From assembly GCA_964511155.1 (NCBI GenBank), contig CAZEEJ010000005.1, positions 1 to 60,659 on the forward strand: a stretch of 60,659 bases of DNA. The letters are read 5' to 3'. A model generated the notes under the pieces. It worked only from the letters and a program-made list of their open reading frames with translations. It was not told the DNA's origin and ran no database searches. A program made the position numbers and the translations under genes. Source of the stretch: an uncultured Planctomycetales bacterium. GTDB lineage: Bacteria; Planctomycetota; Phycisphaerae; UBA1845; PWPN01. Shown here piece after piece: positions 45,601 to 52,530 of the stretch (position 1 is the stretch's first letter; every line of letters begins with the position of its first letter).

Positions 45601-47415
45601 GTCGATCGGCTCCTCTCGGACACTGCGGGTTCGCAGCAGGTCGACGGCCTCGGCCGTGCGGACGGAGCCGTAGCCGGACTGGTAATCAGGCCCTACCACA
45701 CCGAGGTCGGTCGCGGTATGGGCCAGGATGGCCTTGAGCGTCGCATTACGCGGCAGGTCGGCACCGGGGAAGAGCGTTTGCCATTCCTGCAGCAGCAGGG
45801 CGCCGACGCCGGTGACCGCGGGGGCCGCCATGGAGGTACCGCAGAGCACGCTGTAGCCGCTGGTGCCGGCCGTCGAGGTGATGCCGCGATCCCCGCCGAC
45901 CTCGCAGCCGGGGGCACACACGTCCGGCCGGAGGCGGCCGTCGTCGGTCGGGCCCCAGCTCGAGAAAGAGGTCATCGAATCGTCGTTGGCGTTGATGGCC
46001 CCGACGGCGATGTGATTCTTGGCGCCGGCCGGCGGGGCCGTCGTGTAGTACAGGTTGCCGCAGCGCAGGATCGAGCGTTCGTTGCCGTTGGCCCAGACGA
46101 TGCGCATCGGGCTGCCCAGGCTGCCGGTGACGATGGCGTCGATGAGCATCGCGGTCACGCCGTAGTCGCCGGTGATGTCGCAGGGAAAGCCGTTGCGGGC
46201 GGTGTTGGTGCCGATGGAGTTGTTGGCCAGATGGGCGCCGTGCGTCTGCATCGCCTCGCGGTAGTCGGACTCGATGTCGCCGGGATTCGTGTAGAGGAAG
46301 ATGCCCGTCTCGTCATACTCGAAGCCGTAAGACTGGATGAGCACACCGGGGGCCATGCCGCGGTACTGCCCGAGGCTGGCGGTGCCGTCGCCGCCGATGG
46401 TGCCGGCCACGTGGTGGGCGTGGCTGCTGAAGCCGGAGGCGTCGCGCACGGTGAGCCTGCCGCCGAAATCCAGGTGGCTCGGGCTGGCGGTGCCCGCGTC
46501 GTAGAGCAGCACGTTGACGCCGCTGCCGTCCAGGCCGTACGGGCCAGGCTCGGCCTGGACAAAATCCGCCTGGGTCAGCAGGCGCGAGCCGTCGTTGACC
46601 TCGCCCATGCGGGGCAACGGCGGCTCGATCCACTGCACGACCTCCTCATCCGCCAACGCGTTGATCTTCCCCAGGGGCAGTTCGATCACCAGCCCGTTGA
46701 TCGAGGTAATTTCCGCACGCACGCGGGCCTGGTGCCGCCCGCAGACCTGCACGGCCGTTGGACGCAGCGGCACATCGGGATGGAAAAGGGCGTACACGGC
46801 TACGATCGCGGCCTCCGCAGGGAGGGGATCCTCCGCCAGACGTGTGGCATCCTCCGCCCGCGGGGCTTCGGGCACGTGCGCCCAATCCGGTGCCTGCCCC
46901 GCGGCCAAGGTCGGGTGCAGCTTCCAATCCCTCCGGATCGCCCGCACCTCCGCCAGGCCGGCAGTGCCCGCAATGGCCGCGACATCCGGCTTGGCCAGCT
47001 TGAGGGCGGCGAACCAGGCATGATCGCCCAGGTAGGTCAGTAGTCGCAGGCCGGCTTCACGCAGCGTCCCGCGGGTGACGGGGCTGATCGGGCCCTCGAA
47101 CCGCACGACGATGTGCCGTACCGTCGACCCGGGCGCCGCGGCCTGACCCGACCTGACCAGCTCCGCCACCGCGTCGGCCCGCGCGGCGGGTGTGTGCAGG
47201 GCCTCGGCGACCAGCCCCTCCGCGGTGCCCGGGTTACGCCAGCGGATGGTTTCCGCCGCCGCACCCGGGGATGGAAGCATCAGAAAAAGGGATGCCAGCG
47301 TCAGGCACCGGAATGCCAGTGTCAGACACCGCTGTGCGGTGCAGAACCGTGACGCACGCCCGCGCCAACGCGCAGACCGATTCCCCTGGCTCGCCGCGCA
47401 GTCGGTACCCCACAT
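39676..47415 (-). CDS. Giant (2579 aa) secreted multidomain subtilisin-like (S8) serine protease with C-terminal dockerin-type repeats
   Basis: Signal-like LTLASLFLMLPSPGAAA. Catalytic triad motifs VLLYDAG, HAHHVAGTIGG, GTSMAAPAVTGVGALLL. P-domain-like segment, FN3-like modules (YDVYFG...YYWQVVAENRAG; YDVYLG...YQWTVVARNACG), cadherin/VCBS-like and LamG/DUF1080-like segments. Tail DVNGDGVADVLDL...DVNADGIIDLDDL. Confidence 0.9.
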   Translation of the reverse strand: MWGTDCAASQGNRSARWRGRASRFCTAQRCLTLAFRCLTLASLFLMLPSPGAAAETIRWRNPGTAEGLVAEALHTPAARADAVAELVRSGQAAAPGSTVRHIVVRFEGPISPVTRGTLREAGLRLLTYLGDHAWFAALKLAKPDVAAIAGTAGLAEVRAIRRDWKLHPTLAAGQAPDWAHVPEAPRAEDATRLAEDPLPAEAAIVAVYALFHPDVPLRPTAVQVCGRHQARVRAEITSINGLVIELPLGKINALADEEVVQWIEPPLPRMGEVNDGSRLLTQADFVQAEPGPYGLDGSGVNVLLYDAGTASPSHLDFGGRLTVRDASGFSSHAHHVAGTIGGDGTASLGQYRGMAPGVLIQSYGFEYDETGIFLYTNPGDIESDYREAMQTHGAHLANNSIGTNTARNGFPCDITGDYGVTAMLIDAIVTGSLGSPMRIVWANGNERSILRCGNLYYTTAPPAGAKNHIAVGAINANDDSMTSFSSWGPTDDGRLRPDVCAPGCEVGGDRGITSTAGTSGYSVLCGTSMAAPAVTGVGALLLQEWQTLFPGADLPRNATLKAILAHTATDLGVVGPDYQSGYGSVRTAEAVDLLRTRSVREEPIDQSEARSFLVDVLPGTAELRATLAWDDPSGAANTIPQLVNDLDVVAIAPDGHVVHFPWTLDPQQPGQPAVRAHADRLNNIEQVVVDTPTAGLWVIRVSGHAVPLGPQVFSLVTSPPMIGCSRAATVTLNAEAYTCTGGVTVTVNDCDLNEDPSTVEVAEARVWTSSDPTGASLFLTETGPDTGTFTGTVRLNEAGGLAAADGEILTVEFFDADTGEGASATPQAEALVDCVAPVISELAVAEVSALAARVMLRTDEPASVAVHWGTSCDDLEQAALGIGYGTEHNVSLAGLLPDRTYRFAVHAQDRAGNVTLDDQGGACHVLATPDAPDYFAQHFLRGEVPLAHHSVQFTPDGSIDFYRACVTPIDALPIDPSGGTWVKNHTQVRPLDGRKVMLYGVAYDVFWINTSGSITFTSWDSAANDLAGHFALPRIAALTDWYSPAEDGHISWRQLTDRIAVTWEQIRDAATARLSTFQVEMFFDGRLRMSWLEAGANDPVVGLSRGTGVPADFIESDLPGLAGCGSDHLAVQPSSGLAARGAPGGPFEPACTTYTLRNSAQPAEDVSWTATADQPWVTVTPDGGTLTVEQTVTVEVCVNEAAAALPPRDWSYAARVHFVDLAAGVGTARDVQLAVIATSPPTARDVLVTTAVAAPVTVVLTADDDGQPPQPGNIHYLVETHPAHGQLSGDIGAGSVLYTPDPGFSGVDRFTYRAHDGGQPPGGGESLPATATIRVVAAPSPLAGPDPPDGAVAVPIDLSALTFSGAEPAYRRAAIVAAAYPAGPGDPHFTDTRDWLLASGRFHEVVIIDAARETPTLADLLAFDGVIVWSNDQFDDPFTLGDVLADYIDAGGGVVVAIFANVSVRSYSVLLGRFLEGRYSCIDYPGGLLPGLLDRPRQTLGDRFDPLHPVLSGITSFDGGERSFRVRSSYLSPGASFVAAWSDGAPLIAVREIDGVPRVDLALYPTSDRVNVEFWSAATDGGLILANAVAHVGRHHGAATTYDVYFGTDNPPATLACRSALDHRCPRPTPLRYGTTYYWQVVAENRAGRIAGPVWSFSTPPVAAVEARDSVEPADDLTVPFGETALGTARAETVTVCNTHASADLVLDRVRGEPWEQYAEGFEDGPPEDWVPAVSEHWEAREGSYQAWSEAAGARLQATYVGRQWADACVRFRTWRLGSPNNMAGVAVRATKDFDWATATGSAYMVAISGTGRFYVGRQLEGEFVFLADWQASPHLKGLIGVNHLAVNLAGERLEVYLNGMLAWAGSDDALPDAGYVALLGFSDLPESRLTRHFYDDLSVTGPLPLPSEPVPIPVSAAPVAVDDLLAQSVPEDLPPEPTAGELELLAVQQDIAMPDPCAGFRLPDPPAEPLVLAPGECRELPVTFVPTVEGPAECALRIDGNAADVPRLEVRLLGTGGPGYLQVAPPPEEPGMVTGPEGGPFTPLCIEYLLSNNGPVTVNWVAQPGAAWLDVQPAAGSLGPGGSVAAAVCLNLQADSLPPGDHPVEVVFRDTDAILTHSRTLVLSVCALPRLPLMPYPADGQPDVPPEPPLAWNVGLPVPQQCHPLGTAQVSYSARDQVLANVITVNEPQTLHEFKVQLDFVGAASLEFLVLEAVAPAGLFMPLRVGTVQAAGTGKTLYSSGLMHVPLYPERAYALGVAWGMERIGFGLQHQSYPVDWPLGTLEGYLYGSAQAVPLGGDARFWGGSAIPMTLCVNPAGQVAYDVYLGPAGAPGLLMCEGAVGPVCDLPVPLDFGTTYQWTVVARNACGQRVGQAWSFSTVPCTDDPPVVDRAAGRRPVLRLTHGAAGGFDQELLADPGQPAPIECRIGGPAWLLVNFTRPVQAPAGLHPTAVRIVDAAGAEVPVADIALDHDQLAVMLDAVPAETVMVSFPGLADARDPTCLVTDTFCVRLLPGDVNGDGVADVLDLVAARTAMAWPVDAARFRLDVNADGIIDLDDLVAIRRHLNTHLAPCEPGTRAP

Positions 47416-47507
47416 GCTCCGCTTCCTCCGCTACCGCCTCCCTATGATGATATCCGTCCGCCGGGCCGGTTTCTATCCGGGTCGCAAGCGACCCGGCTAA
47501 ACGGCTG

Positions 47508-47545
47508 CCTCCTGTCTTCTGTCTCCTGTCTCCTGTCTTCTCTCC
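47508..47545. repeat. CT-rich heptamer microsatellite (CTGTCTY)n in the leader of the giant protease gene
   Basis: CCTCCTGTCTTCTGTCTCCTGTCTCCTGTCTTCTCTCC, read directly. Confidence 0.6.
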
Positions 47546-47586
47546 AACAAAAACCCCCTGTCCGCCTGCGAGAGGCGGACAGGGGG
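47546..47586 (-). terminator. Rho-independent terminator after the 861-aa secreted protein gene
   Basis: 13-bp perfect stem CCCCCTGTCCGCC / GGCGGACAGGGGG with a 7-nt loop. On the minus strand it is followed by TTTTTGTT. It begins 33 nt after the stop. Confidence 0.75.
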
Positions 47587-47618
47587 CTCGAAATCATCAG
47601 GCGATACGACGAACCGGA

Positions 47619-50204
47619 TTAGTCGTCGCAGGCCGGGTCGGCGTCCACGCCCGCACCGCTGTAGCAGGCCTCGAACGCCAGGAAGTCCGTCGCATCGACG
47701 GCACTGTTGAGATCCCGATCGAAGCACCAGCAGTTGTCTTCATCGAAGACCCCTTCCGGATCGCCGGGGCCGGTGTAGCAGAGCTGCCAGGCACCGAAGT
47801 CCAGCATGTCCACGTCACCGTCGTCGTCGATATCCGCGAACGGCTCGTTGCACCGGCGGCAGACCTCCTGACCCTCGCAGTCGGGATCGTCGCAGTCGGT
47901 GAGCCCGTCGCAGTCGTCGTCCGCCTCGTTGTCGCACACCTCCGGAACACCCGCGATGGTGATCACGCACACGGCGCCGAGGATGTCCGTGCAGCGTTCC
48001 TTGGTGCCGCAGTCATCGGTCACCTCGCAGCAGTAGTTACCCCCGTCGGCGCAAGTGGCCGCCAGGATCCGGTAGGCGCTGTCCGTCGCGCCCTGGATCG
48101 GCTGCCCGTTGAGCTTCCACTGGAAGGTGAGGGTGCCCGTGCCGCTGGCGTAGGTGTTCATCCAGTGACCGTTCTCGCCCAGATTGACGACCCCGCCGTA
48201 GCCCACGTGGGAGATGGACGGGCCATCGCTGATGAACAGCCCCGCGGCCGCGGTGACGATGGGATCGCCACCCTCATTGCAGTCGTCCCAGAGCGTGCAG
48301 CGGTACTGCGTGTTGTGGTCCTGGGTGGTCACGCCGGTGAGGGTCAGCGTCGCGGTATCCGTCCCGGAGACACTTCCGACGTCCGTCATGTCATCCCAGG
48401 TCGTCAGGCTGGCGTTGTACTTCTGCCACTTGTAGGTGATGTCCCCCACGCCGCTGGCGTTCACCGTGAAGCTGACGTTCGAGTTAATGCAAGCGCTCTT
48501 GGTGGCAGGCTGCGCAACGATCTGGAGGCCGATCTTCAGGACGGTTGCATCGCTGATGATCACGCCATTGTCGCCGCAGATGATGACCGTCAGCAGGGAG
48601 TTGGCGTCACTGGCCGGGATGTTGCTCAGCGACAGGTTGGCGGTCTGGGCACCGGAAACGTTGGCGCCGTCGACCAAGTCGACGCCGTCCTTCTGCCACT
48701 GATAGGTCAGGTTGGTGTCACCGCTCGCGGTCACGCTGACGTTGGCCGAGCCGTCCGGGCAGGCAACGACCATATCAACGGGCTGGGCGGTGATCTGCGG
48801 TCCGCCGCTGCCGCCCTTGTTCAACGTGAACGTGGCGGTCGTGGTGCTGCTGGAGTTGGGCCCATCCGGCGGGGACCAGATCCGCAGGTACTCCCGTGCG
48901 TTGTCGATGGTATAGAGGTTGCCGACGGCATCGAAGGCCACGTCCTGGACGGCACCGCTCGGTGTGCCGGCAAGCCGGCTCACCACGAGGTCGAAAACAA
49001 CCTGCCCGTTGGCCATGTTGTAGAAGTACACGGTGCCGTTCACCCCATGGCCATACGCGATCCAGCCCTTGGGCGAATGGCCGCCGATGCCTCTGGCGTA
49101 GGTGTAAGGCGAAGCCGCAGAGGCTTCCCAGGTCGGCGTGGCCAGCGGCGGGGTACCGTTGAGGAACTTGGAAATCGGCGGGGCCTGATTCGGGCTGGCC
49201 CGGTACTGGTTGACGTACCAGTCGCCATTGGCATCGCCTTCAAAGTCGTAGGGGTAATAGGTGAAGTACGATCGCGGAATAAACTGCGTGCCCTGGTCAC
49301 CCGGGGTCACGATGTCGTTGCTGCCGAGATCGTAGCGGATGATGCCCTTGCGCGCGGTGTCCAGGTAGTTATCGTTGACCAGGTAAATCTGCCGGTTGCC
49401 CGCCGCCTTGGTCCCGGTCACGTAGATGCTGCGCACATACTGGGCCGAGGACCGGTTGCTGGCATCGATGAGCTGCGTGGCGACGGACATATCGTCGTTG
49501 AACTCAAAGACCAGGTCGCGGTTGTAGTCGGCCACGTACACATGGCCGTCCGGGCCGATGGTCATTCGGAGGGGGGCGGAGTAGTTGGTCCCATCCCAGT
49601 TCCAGGTCAGGCCGCCCTGATGCACGCCCATGTCCACGGCATCGGCCCGCAGCATGTAGATGCCGTCCGTCATGGCCCGGCCGGTGGCCGTCGGCAGGTT
49701 GGAGGCCTGCGCCACGTAGATCCGGCCGTACTTCGAGCTGGCCGGGTTGGTGTTCACGCCGATACCCTGGGGACGCTCGAAGTGCGTGTCCTTGTTGGGG
49801 GTATCGTCAACGCTGATCTGCGTCCAGCTCGAGTACCCGAGGTCGGCGGCGGTGATCTTCACCTTGTACGGGCTGCCCGCGTTGTCCGCCCGGTCGCCGT
49901 TGTCTTTGCGGCCGTCCCACTGCCAGGTGTACTTGCCCTTCTTCTGTGAAGCGATGGTAATCGTCCGCACGGCCACGGAGTCCTTGTCGAGCACCTCGAT
50001 CTTCACGCCGGGCAGCACGTCCGTTCCCGCCGCGTCCTCGTTCAGGACGTAGTCGACCTTCAGCGTGCCGCACGTGTCCTCGTTCAAGCCCGTGGTGTTG
50101 ATGGACACCTCCGCCGGGTACACGTTACCCAGCACAACAGCCGGCAACATCGCCATGCAGGCTGCCGCCAGGCCCCCCACCAATTGTCGATAACCTTGTT
50201 TCAT
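47619..50204 (-). CDS. Secreted protein: FlgD-Ig-like N-domain, beta-propeller-like region, three Ig (I-set-like) modules, Cys/Asp-rich module and a dockerin/EF-hand-like tail ending ADPACDD
   Basis: Signal MKQGYRQLVGGLAAACMAMLPAVVLG with RBS AAGGAG. Repeated YQWQKDG / YKWQKYN / FQWKLNG Ig blocks. CDNEADDDCDGLTDCDDPDCEG. DIDDDGDVDMLDFGAWQLCYTGPG. Confidence 0.85.
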   Translation of the reverse strand: MKQGYRQLVGGLAAACMAMLPAVVLGNVYPAEVSINTTGLNEDTCGTLKVDYVLNEDAAGTDVLPGVKIEVLDKDSVAVRTITIASQKKGKYTWQWDGRKDNGDRADNAGSPYKVKITAADLGYSSWTQISVDDTPNKDTHFERPQGIGVNTNPASSKYGRIYVAQASNLPTATGRAMTDGIYMLRADAVDMGVHQGGLTWNWDGTNYSAPLRMTIGPDGHVYVADYNRDLVFEFNDDMSVATQLIDASNRSSAQYVRSIYVTGTKAAGNRQIYLVNDNYLDTARKGIIRYDLGSNDIVTPGDQGTQFIPRSYFTYYPYDFEGDANGDWYVNQYRASPNQAPPISKFLNGTPPLATPTWEASAASPYTYARGIGGHSPKGWIAYGHGVNGTVYFYNMANGQVVFDLVVSRLAGTPSGAVQDVAFDAVGNLYTIDNAREYLRIWSPPDGPNSSSTTTATFTLNKGGSGGPQITAQPVDMVVACPDGSANVSVTASGDTNLTYQWQKDGVDLVDGANVSGAQTANLSLSNIPASDANSLLTVIICGDNGVIISDATVLKIGLQIVAQPATKSACINSNVSFTVNASGVGDITYKWQKYNASLTTWDDMTDVGSVSGTDTATLTLTGVTTQDHNTQYRCTLWDDCNEGGDPIVTAAAGLFISDGPSISHVGYGGVVNLGENGHWMNTYASGTGTLTFQWKLNGQPIQGATDSAYRILAATCADGGNYCCEVTDDCGTKERCTDILGAVCVITIAGVPEVCDNEADDDCDGLTDCDDPDCEGQEVCRRCNEPFADIDDDGDVDMLDFGAWQLCYTGPGDPEGVFDEDNCWCFDRDLNSAVDATDFLAFEACYSGAGVDADPACDD

Positions 50205-51105
50205 CGCTCAGACACTCCTTTCCAAAAGAAGCCCACAACCGCCTTCCGCATCAGGAACTGTTTGCGTCAATGATGCCGGGAACCGATAACCATGGTCAGA
50301 CACGTGAGCGGGCCGACGGCAACCGCTGCCGCACCGGGATAAGAGCCCGCCTACACACGCCAACCTGTTCTTCCATTTGCACAAGAACTGTACCGAACCA
50401 CTCGAACCGCCTCGGGACGTTCCAGCCACTGTACATCGTCCGCGGGACGGACACACAACACTTGAATCGGAAGGAAATGCACTGTCCGGCAGCTATCGGA
50501 CCGGAATACCCATGCGCTTCCTTCCCCACGGCCTCCACCTGCCCCACTGTGTTCCATACCCTCCGCCGCGGCCCCACACCGGACTTGCACGCCTCGGACG
50601 TCGGGGGAGCCCAGCCGACGCCGCGGCCTCATATGCCGAACGCCATTATAACCGATGCGGCGCCAGGTAAAAGCAGAATGTTCGGGCAAAGAGCATTTTG
50701 CGGACCGCGCCCGACCCGACCAGACGCGCTATAGCCGACAACAGACTGTCCGATAAGGGCTTACGTGATCCGGCTGAGCTCTTGGACCAGGGTTCAGTCC
50801 GCTCATTTTTTTCTCGGCCGGTTCAAGGAACACCGGACAGGTCGGGCGAGAGGGTGGCCCATCCTCGCTGGGCAAGGGTGAGCGGCTGAAGTAACTGTGG
50901 TATCATGCCCGGCGGCGCGGTACGTGTTGAGCGTCCGGGGACTGGCTCTTTTTTGCCGGCGTGAAGGCTTTCCACGCGGTTCAGTCGCTTGACGGCCTGG
51001 CGGCGCCGTTGCGTGAGAACGGCCGCAAGGCAAAAAAGTGCCTGTCCCCCTTCCGAGGACGCTCAACACATACGCGGCGCGTCGCCGCAGGGAGGAGGTC
51101 TGCAA

Positions 51106-52530
51106 GTGGACTATCCGCTGTTCGAGGTGCCCCGCATGGGGGGCGGCATGTTCGTCGGAATCGTGGCCATCATCCACGTAGCGATTGCCCAGTTGGCCGT
51201 CGGAGCGGGGATGTTCATCGCCGTGGCTCACACCCTGGGAGTACGGAACAACGACCGGCTGCTGCTCGACTTCCTCGCCCGGTACGGGCGGTTCCTGGTG
51301 CTGCTGGCGTTCGTCAGCGGAGCGATCACCGGCGTGGGGATCTGGGTGACCATCTCGCTGGTCAGCCCACCCTCCACCAGTATGCTGATCCACCTGTTCG
51401 TCTGGGGTTGGGCGATCGAATGGGTGTTCTTCCTCGTCGAGATCGTCGCGGGGTACATGTACTACTACGGGTGGAACCGGCTGACCCCGCGACGGCACAT
51501 CGCGGTGGCGTGGATCTACGCCTTCGCGGCGTTCATGAGCCTGGTGGTGATCAACGGGATCATCACCTTCATGCTGACGCCGGGCGACTGGCAGCCGCCG
51601 TGGGTGGACGCGGACTACGACGGGCAGCGGGCGTTCTGGACCGCGTTCTTCAATCCGACCTACTGGCCGTCGCTGGTGCTGCGGACGATCTCGTGCATGG
51701 CCCTGGCGGCCATCTCGGTGGCGCTGGTGGTCAACTGCATCCGCAGCTACTCGCGGGAACAGAAGACGCGGATCATCAACCTGGGCAGCTACCTGCTGAT
51801 GCCCATCGGGCTGATGGCCCCGGCGGCGGCGTGGTACTTCTTCGCGTTGCCGGAAAACGCGCGGAGCTTCGCCTTCGGCGGGGCGATCGCAATGACGCTC
51901 TTCTTCGCGTTCGGCGTGGTGTCGAGCATCTACATTGCCGGTTACGCCTACTGGGCCCTGATCCGCAACCGGAGCTACGCGAACCTGCAGACGTCCGCCC
52001 TGCTGCTGGCCGTGGCCGTAGTTGCCACCGGGTCCATCGAGTTCATGCGCGAGGGCATTCGCAAGCCCTACCTGGTCCACGGGCACATGTACAGCAACGG
52101 CATCCTGGTCACGGACGATGGCATGCGCGACCGAATCGACCGCGAGGGCATCCTGGCCCACGCCCGGTTCGCCTACCCGCCGACCATGAGCCTCGAGGAC
52201 GTGCACCGCCTGCCGCCGCACGAGATGGGGCGCTTCGTCTACAACGCCCAGTGCCGCATGTGCCATCAGCCCAACGGCACCAACGACCTGGCCCCGCTGA
52301 TCAACCAGTCCTCACGCGAGCTGGTGATGAAGATGACTTCCGAGCTGCACGAGTTGAAGCATTTCATGCCGCCGTTCATGGGCACCGAGCAGGAGAAGCG
52401 GGCCCTGGTCGAGTACCAGTTGTACCTGGCGCGTGGCGAGAACTACACCCCGCCGATGGACGCGAGGCCCGCGTCGGCCGTGGAGCCGACGCCCCGGCGA
52501 ACGGCGACGAACCAAGGAGAAGTGCGATGA
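51106..52530 (+). CDS. Cytochrome bd-superfamily CydA-like membrane protein fused to a C-terminal mono-heme cytochrome c domain
   Basis: GTG start with GGAGGAGG 8 nt upstream. TM1 His (AIIHVAIAQ). WAIEWVFFLVEIVAGYMYYYGW matches the CydA AIEG..FFLES region. C-terminal CRMCH (CxxCH) plus FMPPFMG Met-ligand-like motif. Confidence 0.8.
   Translation: MDYPLFEVPRMGGGMFVGIVAIIHVAIAQLAVGAGMFIAVAHTLGVRNNDRLLLDFLARYGRFLVLLAFVSGAITGVGIWVTISLVSPPSTSMLIHLFVWGWAIEWVFFLVEIVAGYMYYYGWNRLTPRRHIAVAWIYAFAAFMSLVVINGIITFMLTPGDWQPPWVDADYDGQRAFWTAFFNPTYWPSLVLRTISCMALAAISVALVVNCIRSYSREQKTRIINLGSYLLMPIGLMAPAAAWYFFALPENARSFAFGGAIAMTLFFAFGVVSSIYIAGYAYWALIRNRSYANLQTSALLLAVAVVATGSIEFMREGIRKPYLVHGHMYSNGILVTDDGMRDRIDREGILAHARFAYPPTMSLEDVHRLPPHEMGRFVYNAQCRMCHQPNGTNDLAPLINQSSRELVMKMTSELHELKHFMPPFMGTEQEKRALVEYQLYLARGENYTPPMDARPASAVEPTPRRTATNQGEVR

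Noticed and set aside
41632-47043. 1151-aa (41632..45087) and 579-aa (45304..47043) plus-strand ORFs
   Set aside because: They are antisense to the giant S8 protease gene, which has clear catalytic and domain motifs. The shadow ORFs are dominated by R, G, P, V and H with no recognisable motifs. This is typical of stop-poor antisense frames in GC-rich DNA.
48165-49949. 594-aa plus-strand ORF
   Set aside because: It is antisense to the 861-aa secreted Ig/propeller protein gene, which has a signal peptide, RBS and terminator. It has no motifs of its own.
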